Of a stretch of 64,000 nt of DNA, positions 10,190 through 19,771 are shown piece after piece. The DNA comes from Candidatus Poribacteria bacterium (GTDB lineage Bacteria > Poribacteria > WGA-4E > WGA-3G): the NCBI GenBank assembly GCA_965197475.1, contig CBDANF010000003.1, positions 1,408,001-1,472,000 on the forward strand, given 5' to 3'. Position numbers and translations under genes: made by a program. Numbering within the stretch: the first letter of the stretch is position 1; every line of letters starts with the position of its first letter. The notes beneath the pieces are model-generated. The model worked only from the letters and a program-made list of their open reading frames with translations, did no database searches and was not told the origin of the DNA.

Positions 10190-11071
10190 ATGGATTTGTT
10201 GAAGGTGATGGAGCGTTTTCCCGATCAAGAGAGTTGTATTTCGCATTTAGAGAAGATTCGGTGGCGAGGTAAACCTGTGTGTCCGCATTGTGAAAGCGAT
10301 CATATAGGAGAACGGACAGAAACAGAAATCGGTCGTATCGGTCGTTGGAACTGCCACGAGTGCCAAGTGAGTTTCAAGGTGACGTGCAGGTCGGTGTTTC
10401 ACGGGACAAAGATAGCGTTACAGAAGTGGTTTTTGGCTATTTCGTTGATAACGAATGCGAAGAAAAGTTTGTCAAGTCATCAACTTGCGCGCGATTTAGA
10501 CTTGAATCAAAAGACAGCATGGTATATCATGACTCGTATCCGTGCTGAAATGGCAAAGAAAGGTAACGTGCTACTACAAGGCATCATAGAGGCAGATGAA
10601 ACTTACATCGGGGGTAAACCTCGTAAGCCTAATAAGAAGGAAGACCACGTGCCTGCCAAGCGTGGACGTGGAACAGAGAAAGACGCTATTATCGGGGCAG
10701 TACAGCGGGGCGGGAAAGTTGTAGCACAACTCGCTAAAGATTTGACAGGACGGACTATTTTAGACTTTATCCGAAGAGTCGTCAAAGTTGAGGATTCGGA
10801 GTTGATGACCGATGAGTATAAGGCGTATCTCGCTATCGGCAAGGAGATGAAACACCATATCATAGATCATCAAACGCAATTTGTTGAGGGTGATGTCCAC
10901 ACAAACACAATTGAGGGGTTTTGGAGTCTACTCAAACGAGCTTGGTATGGAAGTCATCACCACTACTGGACTGAATATACGCCCCTGTATGTAGCAGAGG
11001 CGTGCTATAAATACAACTATAGGAGCATTGACAGTATCTTTGATAAGTTTGTTAATGAAAGTATGCGGTGA
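10190..11071 (+). CDS. IS1595-family transposase (Zn ribbon, HTH, ISXO2-like DDE)
   Basis: CPHC...CHEC, 'EADETYIGG', 'MTDEY', 'HTNTIEGFWSLLKR'. Start set at ATG 10190 after AAGGAG. Confidence 0.95.
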   Translation: MDLLKVMERFPDQESCISHLEKIRWRGKPVCPHCESDHIGERTETEIGRIGRWNCHECQVSFKVTCRSVFHGTKIALQKWFLAISLITNAKKSLSSHQLARDLDLNQKTAWYIMTRIRAEMAKKGNVLLQGIIEADETYIGGKPRKPNKKEDHVPAKRGRGTEKDAIIGAVQRGGKVVAQLAKDLTGRTILDFIRRVVKVEDSELMTDEYKAYLAIGKEMKHHIIDHQTQFVEGDVHTNTIEGFWSLLKRAWYGSHHHYWTEYTPLYVAEACYKYNYRSIDSIFDKFVNESMR

Positions 11072-11080
11072 TGGACACAA

Positions 11081-11353
11081 CTAAAGGTATGCCTTATCAA
11101 TCTTGTTCTTTTTGTCATCAGGATTTGAGGGAAAATGCTGTGGAAGTTCAAAAGTTGGCTTTCCATCTTTCAGAGCATCGATCATGTCAAGAGCAAATTC
11201 CAACCTCTCATTGTCCGTGTCAAAAGGTTTCTGAATCACTACGCGAAAATTTGTATCAAGTTTTACAAGGGCGAGTTCTACAAAACTCTCTGTATGTAAG
11301 GCTAAAAGTGAAAAATCAACAGGATCGGAAGGCGGCTTGAATATTACCCACAT
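11081..11353 (-). CDS. Hypothetical IS passenger protein
   Basis: 90-aa ORF with GGAG RBS, inside the IS1595 inverted repeats. Confidence 0.6.
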   Translation of the reverse strand: MWVIFKPPSDPVDFSLLALHTESFVELALVKLDTNFRVVIQKPFDTDNERLEFALDMIDALKDGKPTFELPQHFPSNPDDKKNKIDKAYL

Positions 11354-11409
11354 GGGTTTAGTCTCCTTTGGGGTTAGAGGGGACAGAGTCCCCTCGTTGG
11401 TTGGAATTG

Positions 11410-11799
11410 CTAATACCCGTATGGAGAATCAGCAGCTGAAATTAAAATTATCCAAAGTCCCACCATAGTGCCAGTTCCAATAACACATCCTATTGTAGCA
11501 TGTGTTATTTGGTCGTTTTTCACAAGTTTTTGATAAATGCTTGTGTAATAAGCAACATATTCTGGTGATTTTCCAAGCAATTTTTCTGGTAGTACCGTTG
11601 GTGTGACAACATACGCAATTAACATACCGGTAACACCAAGTAGACAACCAACAGTTCCCCATATTTGAGTGTTTGCAAGTGTTGCATCACGTCGTGCATC
11701 AAATATTGCTTGCGCAGCATCACTTGTTTGTTGTGCAAGTGTGAGATATGGCGTAGTGAATAACATCACAACCATTATAAACGACAAAGTTTTCATCAA
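11410..11799 (-). CDS. Hypothetical exported membrane protein (IS passenger)
   Basis: Signal peptide plus two GC-containing hydrophobic segments; AAGGA RBS. Confidence 0.7.
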   Translation of the reverse strand: MMKTLSFIMVVMLFTTPYLTLAQQTSDAAQAIFDARRDATLANTQIWGTVGCLLGVTGMLIAYVVTPTVLPEKLLGKSPEYVAYYTSIYQKLVKNDQITHATIGCVIGTGTMVGLWIILISAADSPYGY

Positions 11800-11866
11800 T
11801 GTTCCTTTTGTGAGGTAAAATGTGTATGTAGGGGATCAAAAGACCCCCTACATGTTTGCAAGCGGA

Positions 11867-11998
11867 TTATTTACACCGCTTGTGAGGTTTGACAGTTTCT
11901 TTCACCGTTGTGGCGGGACGGCGTTTGTCCGTGCCTTTGGGAAGGAACCGTCCATCTTTGGCATCGCGTACACGCGTGCCAGTGGCTTTTTTAGCCAT
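11867..11998 (-). CDS. Small basic protein (43 aa, MAKKATGTRVRDAKDGRF...), IS passenger
   Basis: GAGG RBS before ATG 11998; 'RDAKDGRF...RRPATTVKE' motif. Confidence 0.6.
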   Translation of the reverse strand: MAKKATGTRVRDAKDGRFLPKGTDKRRPATTVKETVKPHKRCK

Positions 11999-12267
11999 AG
12001 TATACCTCACTTTGCTTGAGATAAATTGGTGCATAGCGTATTTCCAGTGCGTTATGCACTGTTCAAGCATATAAAATTGATACGTTAAACGGGTATCGTT
12101 CGTAGGTTCGTTTACACCTTTCTATGGGTGAGGGCAGGACACAACACAAGGAGTGTTGCGATAGAAATCCTGCCCAACGAACTTGAGAATAGTATAACAT
12201 GGAAAGAATTTGAGTGTCAAGTGAAAAATTTGAGAAAAAATTTCAAGTCCAAAACTACTCATTGCGA

Positions 12268-12728
12268 AAAGAAATGTCATACAGTGAAAAATAATTTGAT
12301 TATCAATGAGACCTGCAAAGTTGTCCTATTGACACCCTCTTTTGAAGGAAGACACCATGACAAACACATAGCCGATATGGTGGGCTATTGTGTGCCACAG
12401 GGTAGCACATTGTCCCAAGATACCGGTTTTCAGGGTTTCGTTCTCCCGGATATAAACATCATTCAACCGAAGAAAAAACCGAGAGGTAGAGAACGGACGA
12501 ATGAAGAAAAAGAAAACAATAGAAAGATAGCGTCTATACGCATACGCGTTGAACATGCGATTAGTGGTGTCAAAAGATGCCGCATTGTCAAAGATAAACT
12601 CAGGAATTGGAAGAAAGGGTTTTGTGATTTAGTTATGGAAACCTGTTGTGGTTTACACAATTTTCGCCTAAACTTCAGACCCTGGCGTTATGAAACTCCT
12701 TCTATTTAATTCATTATAATGTCTAATT
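12268..12728 (+). pseudogene. Truncated IS5-like (DDE_Tnp_4) transposase, C-terminal half
   Basis: 'KKCHTVKN...HDK...DTGFQG...PKKKPRG...RIRVEHAISGVKR'. The 5' part is cut off at the IS1595 right end. Confidence 0.8.
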
Positions 12729-14079
12729 ATTTCAATAATTCACCATAAATAGCCCTGTTATCCAGATGTTTGTCTATCTGCTTCAGAACATTTTCATAAT
12801 TTGCTTCTAATTCAAGTGGGGTGTTTAGGTATTGTGGCGGCGGTTGTCCGGGAAGGACATTATGATATGCCACCTTGAAATCGGGGAATTTCAGTCCATT
12901 TGCAGTTGAGATCACGATAACTCTATCACCTTTTTGGATCTGTTTCCGTTCGACCATCTTTATGAGAACAGCCAAGGCAACACCTGTATGTGGACAATTG
13001 AACAGTCCAGTTCTATCTGCTCTGGCAGCTGCGTCAGCCAATTCCGCTTCTGTAGCCTGATCAACGATACCATCAAATCGCTGCAAGATACGGATAGCAC
13101 GATGAATAGAAACAGGATTTCCAATCTGAATTGCTGTAGCTTGTGTAGATTGAGCAGTTATTGCCTTGAACTCTGTGAACCCTGTTTTATAACTCCGATA
13201 GAGTGGATTTGCCCGTTCTGCTTGTGCACATGCAATACGTGGAAGTTTGTCGATGATGCCGAGATCTTTCAACATTAAAAATCCTAAACCGAGTGCAGAG
13301 ACATTGCCGAGGTTTCCCCCAGGTATGATAATCCAATCTGGAACCTCCCAATTAAACTGCTGGACGATCTCAATACTGATAGTTTTTTGTCCTTCAATAC
13401 GAAGCGAATTGATAGAGTTGGCAAGATAGAAGTCCTTTCGTGCAGCAAGTTTTTGGACAATTGCCATGCACCCATCGAAATCTGTCTCAAGCGAGAGCGT
13501 TAATGCCCCATTTGCAAGTGGCTGGAGAAGTTGTTCTCGAGTAACCTTCTCTTTGGGCAAAAGAATGATAGCCGGGATTCCTGCTGCAGCAGCATACGCA
13601 GCCAAAGATGCAGAGGTATCGCCAGTGGAAGCACACATAACAGCACGGATGTTACCTGATTCCGAAATAATATGGTTTACCATTGAGACGAGTACGGTCA
13701 TCCCAAGGTCTTTAAATGAACCCGTATGACTGTTGCCGCACTGCTTTATCCAGAGGTCAGTGAGTCCGAGTTGATGACCGAATCGTTCCGCCCAAAACAG
13801 ATTGGTCCCACCCTCATACATTGAGATGATTTTATTATCATCAATGATGGAACATACAAGTTCTTTTTTGCCCCAAACACCACTACCATACGGGTATTGA
13901 GGACGCATATAACGTTGTTCAAACAGGGATTTCCAGTCATCCGCACTGCGTTGTTTTAACGCGTCCATATCGTGTTTGACTTCTAACAATCCACCACAAT
14001 TTCTACAATGATATATAATTTCTGTGAGAGGATAAGTGCATCCTTCATGGCATTGAAACCATGCGTTGTAATTCATCAT
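12727..14079 (-). CDS. thrC: Threonine synthase
   Basis: PLP lysine motif 'HTGSFKDLGM', plus CASTGDTSA, PGGNLGN and CPHTGVA. Confidence 0.95.
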   Translation of the reverse strand: MMNYNAWFQCHEGCTYPLTEIIYHCRNCGGLLEVKHDMDALKQRSADDWKSLFEQRYMRPQYPYGSGVWGKKELVCSIIDDNKIISMYEGGTNLFWAERFGHQLGLTDLWIKQCGNSHTGSFKDLGMTVLVSMVNHIISESGNIRAVMCASTGDTSASLAAYAAAAGIPAIILLPKEKVTREQLLQPLANGALTLSLETDFDGCMAIVQKLAARKDFYLANSINSLRIEGQKTISIEIVQQFNWEVPDWIIIPGGNLGNVSALGLGFLMLKDLGIIDKLPRIACAQAERANPLYRSYKTGFTEFKAITAQSTQATAIQIGNPVSIHRAIRILQRFDGIVDQATEAELADAAARADRTGLFNCPHTGVALAVLIKMVERKQIQKGDRVIVISTANGLKFPDFKVAYHNVLPGQPPPQYLNTPLELEANYENVLKQIDKHLDNRAIYGELLK

Positions 14080-14705
14080 TCTGTTTCCTCCTGACCGGCA
14101 TGAATACTTTCAACTCCGTTTGATGTGGAAAAGAGCTGCTCAATCTCATCAAGGGAAGGTAATTCGGATGGAGCTTTCAACCCGAATTGTTGAAGAAAAG
14201 TATCAGTAGTAGAGAAAAGCAGGGAGCGACCCGCGCCTTCTTTTCGACCTGACACACAAATAAGGTTTTTTTCTACAAGCGCACTGATCACACTGTCGCT
14301 GTTAACGCCGCGAATATTTGATACATCCGCACGTGTGACAGGCTGTTTGTAGGCTACAATCGCAAGCGTTTCAAGGGCAGAAGGGGACAACGTTACGCGG
14401 ACCTGTTGGATATAAAACTTCCGAATCCATTCCGAAAATTCTGGACGGGTACATATTTGATATCCATTCGCGATTTCAATAAGATGAAAACTTCGGTTGA
14501 TCTGTTGATAGTCATCTTGCAGGTCTGAAAGTGCACTCCCAATTTCGTGAGCAGTCGCGCCCGGAATTGCATGCTGAAACTGCTTCACTGATATCGGCTC
14601 ACTGGCAGCAAACAAAATTGCTTCTAATATTGATTTTGTATTTTCTTCTGGCATCACATCCGGGTTGTTCATCAGATGTTCAGTCGTGACATTTTCAGAA
14701 TCCAT
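14076..14705 (-). CDS. scpB: SMC-Scp complex subunit ScpB
   Basis: 'LEAILFAASEP', 'LSPSALETLAIVAYKQPVTR', 'IRGVNS', 'TTDTFLQQFGL'. Confidence 0.95.
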   Translation of the reverse strand: MDSENVTTEHLMNNPDVMPEENTKSILEAILFAASEPISVKQFQHAIPGATAHEIGSALSDLQDDYQQINRSFHLIEIANGYQICTRPEFSEWIRKFYIQQVRVTLSPSALETLAIVAYKQPVTRADVSNIRGVNSDSVISALVEKNLICVSGRKEGAGRSLLFSTTDTFLQQFGLKAPSELPSLDEIEQLFSTSNGVESIHAGQEETE

Positions 14706-14728
14706 TTTGATATAATTCCTATATTTTC

Positions 14729-15517
14729 CTATACAGCCGACGCAGAATTTCCACTTTCGATCATTGCTTTGACAATATATATACTTTCAAATAAACCTGT
14801 TTGCACAGTGACAATTTTTCCTATTCGGATAAGTTCTAAAACAGCAAGAAATGTGACGATTAGATCTATTTTAGTTGAAGTAAGTGGGAACAGACTTTCA
14901 AAAAGCAATTGGTCTGCACTTTCTAATTGAGTTTCAATAAAAGCGATTTTGTCCTCAACAGTGATTGTTTCCTCTTCAACTGTCTGGTAATCCTCATCAG
15001 GTTCAAGTTGTGAAATTTGGTCGTTGATGTTTTTGAAAGCCGTTAGTAGGTCAAAAAGCGTGGCTTTAATCTCATAAGCACGGGTTCCGTCTAAATCTGA
15101 GTGCAGTTTCGGACTTCTGTTGTATATTGATGTGCGCCGTTCAGCATAAACGTCTAAAACTTGCGCCGCTTCTTTGAAGCGTTTATACTCCAAAAGTTGC
15201 TGGACGAGCTGTTCTTGGTTACCTATCGGGTGCTCAGAATCAGAAACAATTTGCGGAAGAATGCTCTGTGATTTTATGTGCAAAAGTGTTGCCGCCATCA
15301 CCAAAAATTCGGATACTACGTCCAAATCTAACTGCTCCATGAGGTTTACATATTCCAGATACCGATCCGTAATTTGGGCAATTTGAATGTCGTAGATATC
15401 CATCTCTTCTTTCTGAATTAGATGGAGAAGCAGGTCAAGCGGACCTTCAAAACCGTCTAATTTGACAGCGTAAATAGGGTGTGTTGCTGAATTGGTAGGT
15501 GAGATATCCGCTAACAT
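14729..15517 (-). CDS. scpA: Segregation/condensation protein ScpA
   Basis: 'FEGPLDLLLHLI', 'FLVMAATLLHIKS', 'VTFLAVLEL'. Confidence 0.95.
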   Translation of the reverse strand: MLADISPTNSATHPIYAVKLDGFEGPLDLLLHLIQKEEMDIYDIQIAQITDRYLEYVNLMEQLDLDVVSEFLVMAATLLHIKSQSILPQIVSDSEHPIGNQEQLVQQLLEYKRFKEAAQVLDVYAERRTSIYNRSPKLHSDLDGTRAYEIKATLFDLLTAFKNINDQISQLEPDEDYQTVEEETITVEDKIAFIETQLESADQLLFESLFPLTSTKIDLIVTFLAVLELIRIGKIVTVQTGLFESIYIVKAMIESGNSASAV

Positions 15518-15562
15518 TTGTTGGTTCTATCTAACTTATTTGTATAATATTGTTCAATCTTG

Positions 15563-16249
15563 TTACCGGACTCCGACGATTTTTCCGATAAAATTGAGCG
15601 TTTCAAAACTTATGTTGTGCAGAAATATGAATACATAATTTGGTATCCCGATTAGACTCGGAAGAAAAATAATAGCGATAAGAATTGGCATCCCATAAGG
15701 TGCAAGTTTTGAAAATTCGCGTGAGGCACGTTCAGGGAGTAGACCGTTTACAACGCTAAAACCGTCTAACGGAAAAAGTGGGAGCATGTTAAACGCCGCG
15801 AGGAACACACTGATTAAGGCTGAAATCACCAATTCCTGTTTAATTCGCAAATGTAGTAAAGATTGACCTGCATCTAAATTAAAAAAGACGATTAGCAGTT
15901 TGAGTATACCAAGAATAACGAAAGTTAGCACGATATTCATGAAGGGACCTGCGGCCGCGATGAGCATTATATCTCTTCTCGGACTTTTGAGATTGTAGGG
16001 ATTGACCGGCACAGGCTTAGCCCAACCGAAGAATCCTCCACCTAAAAGCGATCCAATCAACGGTAAAAACAGCGTCCCGATCGGATCAATATGAACAGCA
16101 GGGTTGAGCGACAGACGACCTTGATCGCGCGCTGTTGAATCACCTAACATATTCGCAGATTTGGCATGTCCCCATTCGTGAAAAGTTAACAAAATAATGA
16201 ACTGTGTCACTACAAGGATTGATTGGTATATTTTATCTGGGGTAAACAT
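15563..16249 (-). CDS. Site-2 protease (M50) family membrane metalloprotease
   Basis: HEWGH zinc motif, AGP, and 'FNMLPLFPLDG'. Confidence 0.92.
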   Translation of the reverse strand: MFTPDKIYQSILVVTQFIILLTFHEWGHAKSANMLGDSTARDQGRLSLNPAVHIDPIGTLFLPLIGSLLGGGFFGWAKPVPVNPYNLKSPRRDIMLIAAAGPFMNIVLTFVILGILKLLIVFFNLDAGQSLLHLRIKQELVISALISVFLAAFNMLPLFPLDGFSVVNGLLPERASREFSKLAPYGMPILIAIIFLPSLIGIPNYVFIFLHNISFETLNFIGKIVGVR

Positions 16250-16392
16250 ATTTTATTTGAATTCCATTCAAATCTTTTTGTTATTAGAATTACGCGTTGT
16301 GTTAGTTAACATTTGGTATATTCATATTTCACATGTTCGTCTCGTTTGGGTTTTGAATTATGAAACTTTTTCAATTACGACAACCTCTAAAG

Positions 16393-16447
16393 GTAGGAGG
16401 GAATTCCGATTCCCGACAGCATGTCGCGATTCGGAGATCGCTCCTAC
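16393..16447. repeat. Paired GTAG REP-like palindromes (REPIN-like)
   Basis: GTAGGAG...CTCCTAC inverted ends with internal hairpins. Confidence 0.6.
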
Positions 16448-16489
16448 AAGAAATAAACATTTGTGAAGAACAACAAAACTGTTACGTAA

Positions 16490-17992
16490 CTAGCACAAGT
16501 CGTTAGAATTATTTTGTGTTATCTTTTTGAGATCCCTGAATCGGCAAAATGCATCCGATTTAGAATTAATTTTTCCATCCAATTGTGCTTGAAATAGATC
16601 CCAAAGAATTGTTTCGAAAGTTTTTCCCGGCTTTTCGCCCCACTGAATCAAGTCATCACCTGTAATAATGGGTTGTATCTTCCGCATAGTGCAAAGGTAA
16701 TCTCCAATATTTTTACGTTGTGCCTGCGACAAATTAGCGTCCGAATATCCCAAAGCAAGTGCTTCAAGCGGAAAAGGTTTTAGTACTTGGTAAATTTTGC
16801 TTGGTGCGGTTGTTTCAGTTAAAGAATCCAAAACAGGTATCAATCGGTTATATGCGGTTATCGGTGTCGCCACGCTGTATAGATTTCCATTCCCACAAAC
16901 CAAGGTCGTTTTCGTTTCAGAGTCAACGATGCACCATTTTCCATTTTGGTATCTAACTGTAGCTTTCTTAGAAAACTCAAAACCTAATTTTTCAATAACG
17001 GATAAGTCAACTTGTTCTAATGAGACTCCATGTTGCGCCGCCTGCACCTGGCTAACAATCCTACGAAGTTGATGTGCCAAGACAAGTTTAAAGCATAACG
17101 CCTCTATCTGAAATGTAGGAATACCTTGCAAGTTTCTTGTGCCGAACAGTGCCATCCATCGCACGATATTCGGTTGAAAATCTTCGTCTGGGATATGCTG
17201 TGATGCCCATGAGATTGCTTGTTGTGCAGCTTGGAAATCGCACGAGAAAATAGGAGAGATTTTCCATCCCGGGAAGATAGATTCAAATACGCCAGATTCA
17301 GCAAGTTGATGAACAATTTTCGAAGCATCATCTTCAAGTAAGGCCCTGTCAATTTCATTTCGTATACGTTCACCACTAAGTTGTGCTAATAGTGGTAATG
17401 CTTTCTCAATTAAAAGCACATCGGTTTCAGCAATACAGAAGTTATAACGGCCTGCATATCTGTAAGCGCGAAAGATACGAGTTGGATCATCTATGAAACT
17501 TTTGTTATGAAGAACCCGAATGACACCTGTCTTAAGATCATCAAGTCCACCTGTCTGATCAATAACGCTCCCAAAATCAGTTGTGTCTAACCGCATTGCT
17601 AACGCGTTGATTGAAAAGTCTCTCCGTTGTAAATCGTCTACAATAGACCCACGTTCTACATTAGGTAACGTTCCTGGCTTTTGATACGTTTCACGCCGTG
17701 CAGTGACAAAATCTACTTTCGGTTTATTGGGATCTGCTGGTGTGACGGTTGCTGTACCAAATTGTGGATGTACCTGCAATGTTCCATTCCAACGATTTTG
17801 CAACTGCTCTGCTACTCTGATCGCATCCCCTTCCACAACGATGTCAATGTCAAAAGTTGGTCGTCCCAACAGAAGGTCCCGTACAGATCCACCGACGAGA
17901 AAGGCTTGCTTTCCACTTATCTCACCGATTTCGCGTAAAATCTTTGAGAGCGTTTCTGGAATATTAGGTTCCATTTTTCTTGTCGTGGACAA
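16490..17992 (-). CDS. cca: CCA tRNA nucleotidyltransferase
   Basis: 'LVGGSVRDLLLG..DIDIVV', 'DLQRRDFSINA', 'FIDDPTRIFRA', 'SGERIRNE'. Confidence 0.88.
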   Translation of the reverse strand: MSTTRKMEPNIPETLSKILREIGEISGKQAFLVGGSVRDLLLGRPTFDIDIVVEGDAIRVAEQLQNRWNGTLQVHPQFGTATVTPADPNKPKVDFVTARRETYQKPGTLPNVERGSIVDDLQRRDFSINALAMRLDTTDFGSVIDQTGGLDDLKTGVIRVLHNKSFIDDPTRIFRAYRYAGRYNFCIAETDVLLIEKALPLLAQLSGERIRNEIDRALLEDDASKIVHQLAESGVFESIFPGWKISPIFSCDFQAAQQAISWASQHIPDEDFQPNIVRWMALFGTRNLQGIPTFQIEALCFKLVLAHQLRRIVSQVQAAQHGVSLEQVDLSVIEKLGFEFSKKATVRYQNGKWCIVDSETKTTLVCGNGNLYSVATPITAYNRLIPVLDSLTETTAPSKIYQVLKPFPLEALALGYSDANLSQAQRKNIGDYLCTMRKIQPIITGDDLIQWGEKPGKTFETILWDLFQAQLDGKINSKSDAFCRFRDLKKITQNNSNDLC

Positions 17993-18004
17993 AGTTGATG
18001 GCTA

Positions 18005-18095
18005 ATACCAAATTAACTTGATCTCACTCGGTAGGCGCGCTTTGTAAGCGCGCCTAATAGCCAGAAAAACAAGATAAATCCGGTAAATTTGGTAT
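18005..18095 (+). mobile_element. MITE of about 90 bp with ATACCA(AATT) termini and an internal REP hairpin (copy 1)
   Basis: Near-identical reverse-complement copy at 35224-35313; terminal inverted repeats; TAA/TA flanks. Confidence 0.8.
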
Positions 18096-18129
18096 AAGTA
18101 TGCCGAAGGAAAACGTAAAATCAAGACCA

Positions 18130-18837
18130 TTATACGAACGCCAAAACGCGCGTTGGCGCGCCAGAACTACGCGCTAATTTTAGGGGTGCTATAACCACAT
18201 AGAAATGCGTTGGCAATTGGCTCAAATTGCACAAATCCTCAACATGTGGGATGCCGACTCCGAGAAAGACAAGATGTGCAGGTGGCAAGCCATCATGCAA
18301 CGGTGGGTGCCCCGCCACGGCATCAATGCTGCATGCGTCTGTCCCGATAACTTTTATACCTTTTTGGACGAGGAGTTCAGCCGCATCTTCGCTAAAACCG
18401 ATCCATTCACGGTTAAAGTTGTCTTGATACACGAATCTATCCATTCCGGTCCGCATAAAAACGATGCTATCTTGAGGAATATCTCCGTTTTCATTTACCC
18501 ACGCATTAATATCTTCAGCAGTCACTGCATCATTGGGTTTTTTAATTGCTGAAAAGTCCATCAACACAGCGTGTCCAGTCAATTTCTCTTTCGGAATTTC
18601 AGCGACAGTATATCCATCCGGATACATCAAACAGGGAGTGTCAATATGTGTTGAGCAGTGTCCAGACATGTCAACGCGGCTTTCAAAGTAGCCATCTTTT
18701 TCTAATGTTGCCTGATCATAGATATGAACAGGATCAATCGGTAATTCTCGTGGACTATTTTCGTCAACAATATAAGATAGATCCAGCACATTTTGAAAGT
18801 CAAGGCGCATTTTATGTTTCTCACTCTTTTCTACCAA
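18130..18837 (-). CDS. Cyclase / kynurenine formamidase family protein
   Basis: 'HCSTHIDTP' (HxGTHxDxPxH-like), 'GTDACSID', and 'EDL.NL..LP...PLKL..SSGAPTR'. Confidence 0.9.
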   Translation of the reverse strand: MVEKSEKHKMRLDFQNVLDLSYIVDENSPRELPIDPVHIYDQATLEKDGYFESRVDMSGHCSTHIDTPCLMYPDGYTVAEIPKEKLTGHAVLMDFSAIKKPNDAVTAEDINAWVNENGDIPQDSIVFMRTGMDRFVYQDNFNREWIGFSEDAAELLVQKGIKVIGTDACSIDAVAGHPPLHDGLPPAHLVFLGVGIPHVEDLCNLSQLPTHFYVVIAPLKLARSSGAPTRVLAFV

Positions 18838-18973
18838 TTATAGATATAGTATAGCACATATCCGCTAAACAATTCAAGTAGATTAGATTGAAATTACTGT
18901 CCATTCTGCAGCCTTAAAAGGTGCATCCGTTTTGGTGTTAATAATGAAACTATTTCGAGAGTTAAGGAGACCC

Positions 18974-19651
18974 ATGCAGAATACAATCACCTACAGACAC
19001 TGGCAGCCTGGCGATGATGACGCTGTTCTGGAACTGTTGGTGCCTTCGGAACAACTTAGTAGCGAAGACAGTTATCGAAATAAGTTCAAAAATTAGCCTG
19101 TTGAAGCAGAAGGGATATGTTTAGCTTTTGTTGATAAAAAGGTTGTAGGGCACGTACTTGGAATGCAGATTTCATGTTACATTCAGGAAAAGATTCAAAA
19201 AATAGGTCTGGTAACACTTGTCTCTGTTGCTCCGAACATGCGTCGTCAAGGTATCGCAACCCGCTTGATGCAGGACCTAAATGCATACTTTGAGAGAAAG
19301 GGTTATCGGGGAAGCATTCTTGATACGGATGAAGAAGCAGCTATTCGATTATACCAAAAGGTCGGATATCGGGCGTTTACAAGAGAATTAGGAACACACC
19401 TTTCACCATATCCGAATTCATCGCAACTCAAATGGACGGAAGTGAATCTAAAAGATTTAAGTGCCATGTCCCAACTGCATAAAAAATGGGGAAGATACAA
19501 TTTTCCAATTAGCTGGAATCCGCAAGGCATGAAGGTGCATCGTTACAATATGAGCGGTTACCGTGTTTTACGTCACGGTAGGAGCATCGTCTACTATCCA
19601 CATAAATCGGGCTTAGAAAGCCCTCCCACAAGAGTCGCTCGTGACAATTGA
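18974..19651 (+). pseudogene. GNAT acetyltransferase (Eis-like) with an in-frame TAG at 19094 and an apparently truncated 3' end
   Basis: AAGGAG RBS, then ATG 18974 in frame with the 19163 ORF. Acetyl-CoA motif 'VSVAPNMRRQGIA' and 'LYQKVGY'. Confidence 0.75.
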
Positions 19652-19771
19652 ATGGCTCTGAGCATTTTGCAAAGTCAGAGCTGAGGTTCGCTCAGTTTCG
19701 AATTTGGTTGCCATTATGAAAGGGACTACGAATAGGACATACTCTATTATGTGTGCTTATTCGTAAGAACA

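Larger units (their letters stand above)
9970..12267 (+). mobile_element. IS1595-family element of about 2.3 kb carrying passenger genes
   Basis: Perfect 25-bp inverted repeats TCGCAATGAGTAGTTTTGGACTTGA at 9970-9994 and 12243-12267, enclosing a transposase and three small ORFs. No clean target duplication. Confidence 0.85.

Noticed and set aside
12128-12267. N-terminus of the 193-aa ORF as real transposase sequence
   Set aside because: It is read-through of the IS1595 right end fused by chance to the truncated IS5-like frame.
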